A stretch of 63,889 bases of DNA, filler included, from Welwitschia mirabilis (taxonomy: Eukaryota): NCBI GenBank assembly GCA_051453625.1. It is 6 parts of one record of this genome, joined end to end, with 100 filler letters (N's around TTAATTAATTAA, not from the genome) between each part and the next. Parts side by side here need not be neighbours in the genome. Positions count along the whole stretch, not along the records: positions 1 to 30,625 come from JBOZIK010000001.1; positions 30,726 to 52,949 come from JBOZIK010000001.1; 4 more parts are not named here. One strand, written 5' to 3'. Positions 27,400 to 41,296 of this stretch are shown piece by piece (position 1 is the first letter of the stretch; every line of letters begins with the position of its first letter). Position numbers and translations under genes: made by a program. The notes beneath the pieces are model-generated. The model was not told the origin of the DNA, did no database searches, and worked only from the letters and a program-made list of their open reading frames with translations.

Positions 27400-27770
27400 T
27401 AGAGGTCTTCAATCTCATAGATGTCTTTCTGGTAGACATCTTTAATTTTAACAAACTTGAATAGATTCTTAAAAAATGAAAGGACCATCACTTTGATCTT
27501 GCTGGCATAAACTATTATTTATTAACTATTTTACTTTAGCATAGACATCTTCATTATGATAAATATCTTTCTTTCTAATTCAATTTCCATTCCAATGTAG
27601 AGATATTTAAATCTATAGACATCTTTCCTCATGATTTAGGCTCATTCCTAGTATAGAGGTGTTGCAAATGATAGATGTCTTTCCTTCTCTCCTATGTCTA
27701 CTTTTAGCGTAGATGTCTTTAAACTTGTAGATGTCTTTCTAATAGCCATATTTATTACTGTAGACATCTA
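27400..27770. repeat. Cluster of TAGAYRTCT motifs forming a ~56-bp degenerate tandem repeat
   Basis: Motifs at 27400/27418, 27433, 27542/27560, 27598/27616, 27654/27672, 27710/27728 and 27761: pairs 18 bp apart with a 56-bp period. Confidence 0.75.
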
Positions 27771-28329
27771 TGATTAATCTCATCCAAAATGGATGAATAT
27801 ATTGAGAATATCTTATGTTACATCTAACAAACTAATTTTTTCTAATTGTGATCTCTACTTGCATTTGAATTATTCTTATAACCTAATACATATCTTTAGT
27901 ATGCTATTTACACTTGAAAATACATTGCATTTAATAAGCAAAGTTATTAAAACTAATATTTTCAAATAATCTCATCCTTTTTGATGATGTCCACTACTTA
28001 GAAAATCCTATTAGTGTAATATTTCATAGTTATAATTAGAAGAGCCAAAAATTAGAAATAGATCAAAATCATAATACTGTTTAACATTTGAAAAAATTAA
28101 AAATATATATTTAGATCATGAATTTCATAAAAAAATAATTTATAATTAAAATCATGATAACAATATTGCATGTAATGTTCAATATTATGTGTATGTTAGA
28201 AATGAAAAAGGTATGAAATGGAATCATAAAAAAGAAAAATAATTTATTACTAAACCATTTTATAAACCTTTGTTACCTTTCAATATGGGAGATTAAATAC
28301 TATTGATCTCTTTTTTCATCTATTACTAT

Positions 28330-30050
28330 GCTCTTTTTCTTAAATGCCCAAAATGACTTTCTTGCATTTGTAATATGGCCTTTTAAGTTTACTAGGTGGA
28401 GTGATCTTTAATTTCTTTTCTTGCTTTTCATGATTTAACATTTTTGTCCTCTTTTTTTGATGTTTAGAAATGCAATTCCCCCAAGTAAAATCCATGTTTT
28501 CAAGCTAAAAAAGAATCTTTTCACTACTTAATGGCATGGGTTCTTCTTCTTTTTTCTACTTTTCCATTGAAAGATCTCTTCATTTGTCTATACCTCTGAT
28601 TCTTATTAAGGAATCTTCTATGCCATTGGTGGTAATGTTTCCTACTATGAGGTAACCATACATAACTGGTCTTATAAGCACATATGGAACATGCTAATCT
28701 CCCCTTTGTTCTCCATTTTGAGATGTTTCCATATGCTAGAAAATCATTTATCATCCAAAGTAGCACTACTTTCATGGTAATGAACTCATTCTTTAGTCTA
28801 TTAAATGTTTTTACTTCCTTATACCATAGTAGCTTCAATTCTTGAATAAGAGATTAAAGATATATATTAATATCTTTTCCTAGTTGCTTAGGCCCTGGTA
28901 TGAGTAAATAAAGTGATACATGTAACCTTTTCATGCATAGTCAGAGTGGTAAGTTATAGAAAACTATCATAATTGACCAACAACTGTAAGAAGTGGAAAG
29001 CATATCAAGAGGATTAAATCCATCTATTGCAATATTGAGTCTTACATGTCTGGGTTCAAGCTTAAATTCATTATATAATTCATCAATCCTTTTCCATAAG
29101 ATTCTGCTAGATATCACATTATGCCATATTCTATTTTCCTTTTTAAATATCATATCAATTGTGGATGATGCATAAATCCTTTGTAGCCTTAAAATTAATG
29201 GAAAGTATTACAATAATTTTAAAGATAATCTTTTGTTTGGATTACTATCCTTGTAACCTCCATTTGATTTCCATTTTGATGCATCACATCAAGGACATTT
29301 ATTTTAGTTCTCATACTCCTTTTAATATAACACACATTCATTAGGGCATGAATGTATTTTATCATATTTCATACCTAGGAAGTTAAGTGTCCTTTTTAAT
29401 TGATCATAAAAACTTAAAATTATATTACATTTTGGAAAAGAGTCATGTAAGAGATCAATCAACATTAAAAATGTTGAATTTAACCATCCATCCATTGCTT
29501 TAATGGTAAGCAATTTGATAATCATAGAAAGCTTTGTATATTGTATGCGACTAGGGTACAATGGCTCATTACCTTTTTTGATTAACCTATCATATTCTGC
29601 ATTTTTTAAATTATCATTAAAGTTATTATAATTTGAGAAAATCATGTTGTTTTTTATTCATGCGATTGCTCCCCATTATTAAAGAACATAAAGTCTTCTT
29701 TTACCATGAAAACCGGATCATCTTGTATTATATTTGGGATACTACATTTGTCATAGTGTTCTTCTGATTCTTTCCCATGCATAATCCATCTTATATATGT
29801 AAGATCCATGCCTTTACATAAATAATGCTTAAAAATAATATTTGATTGTCGATAACAAGTGTTTCAACATTTCATACATGGATAAAGTATGCCTTGAGAA
29901 CTGAAGGAATTATTAATTACAAAATCTATCAACATCTTTACATCATTCTCATACTCCTTACATGTCCTACACATAATAATATTAGACAAATAACTACGTA
30001 ATATCTTTGAAGTTATAAGAATAACTTTAAATGTAATTGGATATGTCATA
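28330..30050 (-). mobile_element. CACTA/EnSpm Tnp2 (Transposase_21) pseudogene with N-terminal transposase-associated domain
   Basis: ORF fragments EYENDVKMLIDF...YPCMKC, YDKIHSCPNECVLY, EPRHVRLNIAIDGFNP...YSCW...YNLP, LLWMINDFLAYGNIS...ACSIC...HRRFL. Confidence 0.93.
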
Positions 30051-30625
30051 CCTATTCATAAACATCCAGCTCTTGTTCCTTGCATAATTGGATTTATTAA
30101 ATGATGATGATGGATATGATGATACCATTAGATGTATTCCTATAATAGTCTCAAGACAAGATAAATTATTGTAGATGAACATGACAAATTCATCCTTCTT
30201 TGCATATTAATAAAGATCTTAAGGGAGGAGAAAAAATCCATTATGGTTATACAAAATCCAAGTAACATAATGGAAAGACAGATGTTTCAAATGCTAAATT
30301 AATCATGGATAGCCTTAATTTAGGATTAGTATCATTTATAAGTAGGATTAAAAGTCTAAACCCTATTTTATCATGTGATACTAATTAGTCTTTAAAACCC
30401 TCTATTAAATAAACAATGTCTTAATAACCACTCTAGTTTAATTAATATTAAACCTAAACTATAAATCCTAAATTATAACTTTTTCAAGGTTAAAACACAA
30501 TACAGAAACCATAGCTAAAGAGTACAACAAAATTCTTCATTTAAATGTACAACTAATTTTACTTGAAGCAATATGACTTTTTCTTAATTTCAAAGGCTTC
30601 ATAAATCTCTGGAATGTTCTAATTT

Positions 30626-30725
30626 NNNNNNNNNNNNNNNNNNNNNNNNNNNNNNNNNNNNNNNNNNNNTTAATTAATTAANNNNNNNNNNNNNNNNNNN
30701 NNNNNNNNNNNNNNNNNNNNNNNNN
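30626..30725. other. Artificial scaffold linker N44-TTAATTAATTAA-N44
   Basis: Exactly 100 bp; the same block occurs five times in the window. Confidence 0.95.
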
Positions 30726-30997
30726 CATCCCCTCTATCGTGGGGACATCATTGGGGATGACACTTTTATCAAGCTTCTCAAGTAGTGAAAATTAGTCTTC
30801 TTCACCTTTATTCCTCCTTTATTATGCTAGGTATTAAATCATGCCTAAAATGCCTCCAATTATGTCAAGAATTACATGTTTTTATGATCATCTTGTTGTT
30901 TCTCCATAATCAGTAGAATTACATCTAAACCTATATAAATGTCCTGCAAAAGTACTCGAAATACATCATCAAATTCCTACAAATTAGCATCGTAACA
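30726..30997 (-). repeat. 5' part of a family B LTR abutting a copia pol
   Basis: Reverse complement starts TGTTACGATGCTAATTTG, matching LTR starts at 52140 and 62358; carries GGGGACA/CATCCCC motifs. Confidence 0.8.
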
Positions 30998-32600
30998 CAG
31001 TTATAATAGATTATCTTCATTTTATTATTCTTTTATCTCTTCTTTATCTTCTATTTCTATTTCTAAAAACATTAGTAAGGAACTCTCAGATTTATGCTAG
31101 CAATGATCAATGGTGGATGTACTAGATGCTTTACATGATAATGGTACTTACGATCTTGTTCCATTATCTTCAAGCAAATATCTTATTATATGTTGTTGGA
31201 TTTATGCCATAAAGTTAATCCAAATAATTAAGCTAATTAATTAAAGGCCTATTTCATTGCAAATGTGTAGACTCAAGTGTATGGTTTAGATTATGATGAT
31301 ACTTTTTCACTTATGGGAGAAATGTCTTTTATTTTCATTTTATTATCTATTCTATCTATTCGACATTGGATATTATATTAGTTAGATATAAAGAATGCAT
31401 TTATTCATGGTGAGTTACAAGAATAAATATATATGAAGCAACTGCCTAGCTTTATTGCTTAAGAGGAATCTTGGATAGTGTACAAACTGCGCTATTCATT
31501 ATATGACTTAAAACAATTTCCACATGCTTAATTTGGGAGCTTTAGCACTATTATTTAGGAGTTTGATATGATTCTAATAAAATTTAATCACTACATTTTC
31601 TTTAAATACTCATCTTCAAGGAAATTTATTTATTTAGTTGTCTACATAGATGACATTGTTATTATAGATAGTGATGAGGATGGTATTGATCAATTAAAGA
31701 AGAATATTTTTAGCTATTTTCAAACCAAAGACCTAGTACTGCTTAAATATTTCTTTGATATTAAGGTTGCTCAATCTAATTCTAGTGTTGCTATTTATTA
31801 TAGAAAATATGCACTAGATATTCTTGAAGAGACTGATATGCTTGATTATAAACTATAGATTCTTACATGGATCCTAATTTAAAACTTCTACTAGTATAGG
31901 GAAAGCCACTTGTAGATCTTGAAAGACATATGAGATTGATAGAAAAACTAAATTATCTCACTATTACTCAATCTAACATTTCTTTTGCAGTTACTATGGT
32001 TAGCTATTTTCTCTACTCTCCTTGTGACAGTCATTGGGATGTAGTTATTAGATTCCTTAGATATATTAAAGCATCATCTAGTAAAGGATTAGTATATAAA
32101 AATAGAGGTCACACTCAGGTGGTTGGCTATTCAGATGCTAACTCGGCAGGTTTATCATCTGATAGATGATTGACTTCAGGTTCCTATATTCTAGTTAGGG
32201 GTAATATATTATCTTAGAAGAGTAAGAAGTAAGATTTTATTAGTACATTAGGTGAAAAAGTCAAGTATCTTGCTATGGATTTAACAAATTATGAGCTTAT
32301 TTGATTTAACTAACTACTTTAGGAACTAAAAGTTGAGGAGATATCGTAGATGAAATTGATTTGTAATAATTAAGCTATACTACATATCACCTCCAATCTA
32401 GTTTTCTATAAGAGGATCAAATATATTAAGATTGATTATCATTTTTTCTTGAGAGAATATTATGTTTGATTGAATTGTTACTAGTTTTGTTAACTAAAAT
32501 AACTAGCTAGCTGCTATTTTTACTAAATCTCTTAGAAGTTCTTGCATTGATTTTATTTGTAACAAGCTTGGTGCATATGATTTATATACTCTAGCTTAAG
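30998..32600 (+). pseudogene. Ty1/copia RT-RNase H pseudogene (non-Sirevirus, Ale/Retrofit-like)
   Basis: SYNRLS, ALHDNGTYDLVPL, YGLDYDDTFS, LDIKNAFIHGEL, YLVVYIDDIVI, KYALDILEET, KLNYLTITQSNISFAV, GYSDAN, ICNKLGAYDLY. Confidence 0.92.
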
Positions 32601-32658
32601 GAGAAGTATTAGAATTAGTCCTACATTGGTTAGAATAAAATGAGGAGTCTTATTCTTC

Positions 32659-32660
<2 letters not shown>
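32598..32660 (+). repeat. PPT and start of the 3' LTR of the copia element
   Basis: AAGGAGAAG followed by TATTAG (TG>TA) directly after the pol stop. Confidence 0.6.
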
Positions 32661-32692
<32 letters not shown>

Positions 32693-33470
32693 NNNNNNNN
32701 NNNNNNNNNNNNNNNNNNNNNNNNNNNNNNNNNNNNNNNNNNNNNNNNNNNNNNNNNNNNNNNNNNNNNNNNNNNNNNNNNNNNNNNNNNNNNNNNNNNN
32801 NNNNNNNNNNNNNNNNNNNNNNNNNNNNNNNNNNNNNNNNNNNNNNNNNNNNNNNNNNNNNNNNNNNNNNNNNNNNNNNNNNNNNNNNNNNNNNNNNNNN
32901 NNNNNNNNNNNNNNNNNNNNNNNNNNNNNNNNNNNNNNNNNNNNNNNNNNNNNNNNNNNNNNNNNNNNNNNNNNNNNNNNNNNNNNNNNNNNNNNNNNNN
33001 NNNNNNNNNNNNNNNNNNNNNNNNNNNNNNNNNNNNNNNNNNNNNNNNNNNNNNNNNNNNNNNNNNNNNNNNNNNNNNNNNNNNNNNNNNNNNNNNNNNN
33101 NNNNNNNNNNNNNNNNNNNNNNNNNNNNNNNNNNNNNNNNNNNNNNNNNNNNNNNNNNNNNNNNNNNNNNNNNNNNNNNNNNNNNNNNNNNNNNNNNNNN
33201 NNNNNNNNNNNNNNNNNNNNNNNNNNNNNNNNNNNNNNNNNNNNNNNNNNNNNNNNNNNNNNNNNNNNNNNNNNNNNNNNNNNNNNNNNNNNNNNNNNNN
33301 NNNNNNNNNNNNNNNNNNNNNNNNNNNNNNNNNNNNNNNNNNNNNNNNNNNNNNNNNNNNNNNNNNNNNNNNNNNNNNNNNNNNNNNNNNNNNNNNNNNN
33401 NNNNNNNNNNNNNNNNNNNNNNNNNNNNNNNNNNNNNNNNNNNNNNNNNNNNNNNNNNNNNNNNNNNNNN

Positions 33471-33540
<70 letters not shown>
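32661..33540. repeat. (CA)n microsatellite spanning an assembly gap (N 32693-33470)
   Basis: Pure CA runs on both sides of the gap. Confidence 0.97.
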
Positions 33541-33541
<1 letters not shown>

Positions 33542-34423
33542 CATTAGTAGTCAAATAATACATCATTATCATATTTGCATTTAAAGATAAAGTAATCCTC
33601 TTTATGGCCACACCTCAAATACATTTATGACTCACTTCTTATCTAACTACTCTTAAGTAACCCTCCTTATGTAACTATCACCTAACATATAAATACAACA
33701 CATAGTGTAATCATGATAAAGATCCTTCAATCCTTATCTCATCTATGAAAGAGCCTTCAAAACCTATTATAAACATCTTTCAATTAGCTTAATGTAGAAA
33801 AGACTTGGAGGTTAGGATGTCATGGTTCTCTAATACTCTTTATTAGGAATGGAATCATTTGAGGCTAGTTGAGATTTTTTTCTTCTCCTCCTCCTTTATT
33901 GATGTCATATATATTCATTTCAAGTTTAATATAATAACTGGTTTAAATCCTTTCATTATTATTATAGAATAATTTAGCATTAGAAATATTTAGGTAGGAC
34001 TAGTTCTAGAATTAATTTGACCCCTTTCATTATTTTTGCACATTAAATTGATATTAGTAATATTTAAGTAGGACTAATTATAAGTGTATTTTATTATTTT
34101 ATTATTATTTCATAACCATTTCACATTAGCAATTTTAAGATGGATCTTACTTAATCTTCAAGTTTTAGAATACAAGAATCATTAGAGAAAAGAAGAATAC
34201 TTGGATAAATCACTTGATCATTGAATAATTTTCATTCCCTTACGTTATTAATTGAATATCACTTTTTCTCTTAACTTTCTAATTTTTAGGTTTATTTGAG
34301 TTTTTATTTTAAGTATAAATTTTGTGTTTCTTTTAATTAAATTTACTGCATATATCCTTATGGAAGAATGATAACTAAGTGTAAACTTAGTTTTAAATGT
34401 AGATCACTAAAAATCTATGATCA
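33541..34423 (+). repeat. 5' LTR of family A (5' part lost in the gap)
   Basis: Colinear with ~38543-39350 and followed by the PBS. Confidence 0.82.
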
Positions 34424-34428
34424 AATAT

Positions 34429-34446
34429 TGGCACCATTTTTAGGGA
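34429..34446 (+). promoter_or_regulatory. Decayed tRNA-Asp-type PBS
   Basis: TGGCACCATTTTTAGGGA, 5 bp after the LTR end; resembles TGGCGCCGTTGCCGGGGA. Confidence 0.65.
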
Positions 34447-37400
34447 TATAGTTGCATAATATTTTTTTCAAGTGTACATGATTTATTTCTTGTAATTTTT
34501 TTAGTCATTTTTATCTTTTTAGTGATGAATACTGGTCCTTTTTTTGGTAATACTTAAACTATTTATTTTATCTTTTATTTTGTGTGTTTTCATTTTCTTT
34601 CAATGGTTGGTACTATTCTTTTTCCAATAAAACCTAAACTAGTTTAAATTATTAAGTTTGATTACCTTTTCTAATATCTAAAACTTCATTTTTATATTTA
34701 ATATTTGAGTTACAACTCTACTGACTTTCTTGTAGGTGTATCTAAACCAAAGATTGTGAATTTAAAACAAGACCAAATCCTAATGATTTATTATGTGTTT
34801 TTTATTTTTGTAATTTCTATAAAACCTTATAAAATTTTTAGCTTTGTTAGTTTTTATGTTTATTAAATTTTTTAAGAAAATTAAAAATCTTTAAGGATTA
34901 TTTCCTAGGTTACATTCTAATTAAGGTTTAGATGTTTTTGGATTTCTATTATCTATTTCTCAAACCCTATGATCTAGAATCTAGTACACTAACTAAGAAA
35001 TACCTTTATCATTTTCTTAAATTATTTTGCTCAATCAGACTAGCATTATCATCTTCTTTGACTAGTTTCATTGTCATTCTTGCTTAGACTACTCTATAGC
35101 TTAAATTTAACCCTTCCATGAACTCTTTAAACTGTCTGTGATCGTAGACTTTCTTTCAAACTATGAAAACCCTAGAAAACATGAACTTTTAGCTTAAATT
35201 ATAACTATTTTTGAACTTAAACCATAAGTTAGGCTTCTAATCCATTTTACTTATGTTTCAATTAACAAGTTATCTATTCTTAATGCTTCTAGAATCATAA
35301 GCAATCCAAACATACTGTAAAAAAATTATCTAACCTAGATAGATGTTTAAAGAGTATCCCTAATTCTATCCATATCATGATCAATTTTCTTATAATTCTG
35401 AATTTTAAAATTCTTATATTTGCTCAAAGGAATTTGATCTTATGCCTTTCTTTGCTCTTATAATTCATATTCATTAACCTCATATTCATCATCACTTAAC
35501 CCTTACCCTTCATCATTGTATTCAAATTCATCATCCTTTAACCCATACCATTATCTCCTAGAGCTTAAAAACCTTCTTCAAATTTCTTATAATATACCCT
35601 TATAAAATTATGAAATTCCAAATGTAAATAAAGTAAACGTTTAACCAAAATATCTAATAATTAAACTAAGTCACTAGTTAAATCTTTAGTACATTAAACC
35701 AACAACAATATTACTAAGAAGTTTCCATATTCCATGTGCTCAAAAACTTAAAAAACTTTGAAGGACCTAAATGGAATAACATAAACAACATCCAAACATA
35801 TTCCTAGAATAAGAAAGAAAACTTTAAAAATTATAATAAAACTAATGATGATACCTAAAAGGACCTTAAGTATAAAAACATCTTAGAGGATAAATAATTA
35901 CATCCAAATATGCTAAACTTTGGAGTAGAATTAGACACTTCAAATGATGATAATCAATGCATAATAAGTAATAAAATATTTGAGGGAGAAGAAAATTAGA
36001 ATACTATACACAAGTGACATTAATGAAATAAATAATGAACTTATGTTTGAAACACAACCATTGTTGCTTGCATAACCTTGTGAGAAAGAATTCTTTAAGA
36101 ACCTTAACAAGGAAGAGAACATCAGCAAAGAGCCTTTTTACAATCTAACCTTTGAGAAGCCTTAATAGTTTTCTCAATAACCCCTTAAACCAATTATGAA
36201 ATTTTTATCTTTTAATAAAGACTTAAATCTAGATGATGAATACAAACCATTTATACATTTGGAACCACCTTCTAATACCTTTTTTAATGATCATTTATCT
36301 CTAATTATTTTCACTTTGCCTTTGTCTTTACCCCAAAACAATGTATTCATGAGTTGTTAAGTAAGTAAAAATAGATTAAGGATTAGAAGATTTATGGTTT
36401 TGAATGAATTCATTTCACTACTGTCATTTATCTTCTTCCATCATTTTTTGATCCTTAGTAAATATTTATTAGGATTATCTTTCATCTTTGAATACATTGT
36501 ATAATTTTAATACATCATTTAATAATTGCATTCATTATTTTAGGCATTCATGTATGTAATACCTTGCAAAAATCCTTCAAAAACGTTTTATCTTCTTTAG
36601 GTGATTTTAAGTTAGGAATTTATTTTAGAGTACATTTTCATTTTAGAATAAATTTTGGCTTAAGAAACTTAAAAATGCTTAAAAATTTTATTCTTGTTTC
36701 CATTTCTCATTTAAAACTTCACAAGAACTTCCACTTGTATAATCATTGCTTTAAAATTTTTAGGTAGGAAATCTAAAATTCCATTTTGATAATTAAATAA
36801 ATCATCATCATTTCAAATCCCATTTTCCATCCCTTTAATTTTTTCTTTACCTTCGTAATTTTACCAATCATTTCTTTACCTTCTTAATTTTACCAATCAT
36901 TCTTACTTTCCATCCATTCATGAGTTCGTACGATTAAATGATCCTAGTTAATGGCTCTAAAATAAAATATACCATTAATAAGTGATTGATTATCATTTCA
37001 AACTAAGCAGACTTTAAGTTTACCTATAGTTTTTAAAGAAAAGGTTTTGCTTATTTTCGAGTGAAATTGTTAATTCTTAGTTTTACTTAATGTCTTCCAA
37101 TAGGAAAATATGGTTGAATTAAGATGCAATTTACTTTTAAGCTAAGTGAATATTTTTTAAGTATCTTATGAAGGCAAGATCTATCTTAATTAGGATAATG
37201 AGCGAATGACTCCTTATGAACCAAAATGTATTAAAAACAAGAAGGATGATTAAAAGAATATAAAAATATCTTCTTTTCAAAAGTGCATTATTTATTAATA
37301 ATTAGAAAATTGGTTTAATTAATTACATCTAGACTATGGATGCTCACTAGAAATGTAGCTCTAATGATTTAATTTACGACATGTTCAACTATGTCAAGGC

Positions 37401-38080
37401 TATAAACACTTGCGGGGAATGTAACACTAACTATTTCATCTTATAACATGTTTAACTCCATTGGAAGGAGATGTAATAACACTAGATTTCTAATTAAACT
37501 AAAAATACTTTAAATAAGGAATAAATCATGATTATAGAAAAGGTAAATTGGAATGAAAAAGATAAAATTAGAAGATGTTTTTTGGGATTACTTTTCTTTA
37601 ACTTGTATATTTGAAAATTCTACTTAAATGATTTTTGATTACGTGAGAGTTTACTTAGAGGATATTTTATTTTTATGGTATTTAATAAACATGGATATTA
37701 ACTTAGGTATTCTATCTTTTAAATTAGTAGATGATGCATTTTCATTAAGTTTCATGTTGTGATATTCCTTAAAAATGAAATTTTAGTTCAAGCCTTACAT
37801 TACATTGTTTTCCTAAGTACATTCATTATTATCATTTGTTAGACTTGTAATTAACTTATCCTCAAAATCCTTTTATATAATTTGCTATTTTTATAACCTT
37901 GAGGATAAAGTTAAATCTTGATTAGGGGGTATGTCATTCACTTTTACAAAATTATATAAAATTTTTTAAATTGTCATATCATTTCCTTATTTGCCAATTT
38001 TTACTTAGTTAATTTTTTCATCTCACCATTTCTTCATCTACATTTTGCTAAGAAACTAGCAAAAGACTAGTTAGAAGGTG

Positions 38081-39350
38081 TATTTATGTGTTAAAATTAA
38101 TATTATAAGCAAGTAAAATAGATTAACTTAGTATAGGAAGAAACATTAAAATGCATTATTTTATCACATATTAATGTATTTTGCTCCTTGTACTATTTTT
38201 CTCATAATATTATGAACTTTTCCTTGACATTAGTAGATTTATTAATGCATTTTAAAGATAAATATAAAAAATTATGATAATTCAACACCAAATGTTGGTG
38301 TTGCTAATTAAGACTACTGGTGCTATCAGCATTTGAAAGTAGATTAATGAAAGACTCACATGCTTGCATCTTCTAGGGGGAACTAAATTCATTACACTTA
38401 TGGGATTAGTTGGGTAATAAAGTAGATTTAACCTTTAAATATAGTGATAATTGGCAAAAGTTTAAATTAACACATCACAGCAATAGGTGACATAACAAGG
38501 AAGATTGAGAAGAAGATAAATGATATGGTATCTTTTGGCAGCATCATCAGCAATTAAAGGATACATCATCACCATGTTTGTACTTAAAGAGAAAGGAATC
38601 CTCTTTATGACTACATGCTAAACACATTTGTAACCTCCTCCTTGTGTAACCATATTTAAGTAATTCCCATTATGTATCCACCACCTAATGCATAAAGAAA
38701 ATACCTAATGCAATTATGAAAAAACTCCTCCAAGCCTTTTTTCATCTATAAAAGGGCCTTGAACACCCATTATAAACATTTTTTAATTAATTTAACATGG
38801 GAAAGACTTGGAGGCTAGGACATCAAGGTGTTCTAATACTTTCTCTTAGGGATAGAATGATCTAAGGCTAGTTAAGAAGTTCTTTTTATTCTCCTCCTTC
38901 ATTTATGTAATTTACATTCATTTTAGTTTTAATATAAGAACTAATTTAAATAATTTTATTGTTATTACATATTAATTTGGCATTAATAATATTTAGGTAG
39001 GGGTAGTTATAGAATTGTTTTGAACCATTTAAGTATTATTACACAATCATTTGGCATTATCAATTTTTAGATGAAGCTCACTTAATCTTCAAGTTTTAGA
39101 ATATAGGAATCATTAGAGTGAAGGAGAAGAGTTGGATGAATCACTAGTTGAAGCATTTTTGTTCCCTTGCATTATTGATTAAAGATCACTTCTTCTCTCA
39201 ACTTTTTAATTTTTACTTTTGTTTTATTTTTTATTGTAAGTAGAATTTTCCTATTTATTTTAATTAAATGTAGTACATATATCCTGATCGAAGAATAATA
39301 ACTGAGTATAAACTTATTTTTAAGTCTTGGTTACTACAAAGATATGATCA
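38081..39350 (+). repeat. 3' LTR of family A
   Basis: Preceded by Athila-type TTTGCTAAGAAACTAGCAAAAGACTAGTTAGAAGG; ends GATATGATCA like the 5' LTR. Confidence 0.8.
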
Positions 39351-41296
39351 ATCAACTAGATGAAAGTACATAAATTTTCCAAAATGAGATGAAAGTCCTC
39401 TTTAAAATTGCAACCTTAATGCTTGTGAAACATAAAGGCATCATTATGGCAAGAGCACTTTCTAACCTATTGAGTAATGAGACCTTTAAGTTATTTGATC
39501 TAATTAATCTATACTCAAAACTTAGATCTTTAGCACCAAGTAAGTAGAAGAACTCACAATCTACATAAACAAGTCAACATCCATCATCCACTACAGTAAT
39601 CTTTTTCAACTCAAAAAAAGAAGGAATTGATAATCCTATTAATGAAGGTAAGCTAGTAAGATTACTTAATTTGTCATAGAAATAAATACTCTTATATTCA
39701 TTCATACTTAATTTCCCTTTCTTATAAAGTGATATATTCCTATAGCAAATTTTAGATGAGTCTTAGCAACTATTAAAACCAGTATTAACTTGAAATTATA
39801 AAACAAAGTTTAAGAAGTTGATATCCTAATACGATGTTTATAATGATGAGGAATAACTAAGAAAAACATTCCTCTCCTTCCTTTACACCATTGAAGGCAG
39901 AAATAAGAGTAGGAATTAGTAATAAAATGTCTTTACCTGTTTCTCTAGAATAAGAGATATTTAAAGAAGTATCTTTATGAACTTTCATATGTAACATTAC
40001 AAATAAAGAGAATAATGAACAAGCAATAGTAAGTACCCATTTAAAAGGTAAGAGAACCAACTACCTAATTAAATTATACCCCACTTATTAAATAATAGTA
40101 CAAGGTACTTTCTTTATTAGAAGAGAGATGGGAACCATAAAGATCAATTCTAGCAAGGAATTATAAAATCATGACAATGAAAAAAGGAAGATAAATTTTT
40201 TTGATGTTCTCAAAGTGATATCCACCACAAAAGGAAAATAAAGTAAAGGAAGAATAGTTTTACAAGTTAAAAATCAAGAATCTGAGTTTTGCTTCATCTT
40301 AGTCAATTGAGAAATTACTTCCCAATGAATTTATAACTCTAGTTGAAGGAAACCTTATAATCTTAAGCCACAGATAGAAGATAAGTATCATATTCTAGAA
40401 TTTACAAGGCACGTGAATGAAAAAAACACCTTTCCATAATAAGAAATCTTAAAAAAACATAATAATAAACTGAAGTTACTTTTGTAAGCATAACATAATA
40501 ACCTTAATAATAAAGTTGATGATTAATGAAATCAAAGAAGATAGTCTATAGGAAATTTAATGCTTGTAAATCAAAAAGTAAAAATTACATAGGTTTAAAA
40601 GAACTATCTAAAAGACCAAAATTGTGCTTTATAACTTTAGAAATTATCAAAATTTAACCATGCCTAGGATTCTAAAAGGTAGGACTAGCATGATCATATG
40701 AAGCATGCATGGAATCTAAGATAAGAAAGATAAATAGAAATTTGAATGTAGAAATAGGAGGAGATTAAAAATGTTCGAATTAAGTACTCACCTAGATTCA
40801 TACTTGGTTAGCAAGTAACATACTTATTTGTTAATAAATATAAGATTATGCTTTAATGATTTGATATGAGGAAAAGAATTTAAAGCTATACCTTGAAGAG
40901 AGTGAAAGCCAGCTTTGGTGTAAATATAAAAAAAAGAAAAAAAATAAATATAATAACTTAATGAAAGAAACATAAGTTATATATAAAAGAAGTACAAAAA
41001 GAAAAATTTCAAAAGAATAAAGATAAAAGTAAAAGGCCTTACCTCCCGAAAGTAAGGTGAAATGTGAAAATTATGGATAGATATGAACTACTTGACTCTA
41101 TTTACAAGAGAGAGAGAAAATCTTTTATACTTAGTAACATGACATCAAAAGTACTAGTAATCTAACAATAGACTAGATCTTAAGGGGATTCATAATGTAA
41201 CTAAGAGAAAGGCATTGTGTGTAGAGGATAAAAAATAAAAATAAATATGGTGGGATCTATTACAATTTGAAATAAGCAAATAAACTAATAAGTAGA

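Larger units (their letters stand above)
33541..39350 (+). mobile_element. Non-autonomous LTR retroelement (family A, LARD-like, Athila-type signals)
   Basis: Direct repeats 33541-34423 and ~38540-39350, both ending TATGATCA; PBS at 34429; PPT region at ~38045-38080; no gag-pol motif recognised in the ~3.6 kb interior. Confidence 0.75.

Noticed and set aside
32630..33611. Long ORFs of CVCV/HTHT repeats in the ORF track
   Set aside because: Translations of a (CA)n microsatellite plus an N gap.
39420..39470. Minus-strand KCSCH as a SWIM zinc finger
   Set aside because: The downstream W/F-Q..G.PC.H pattern is absent.
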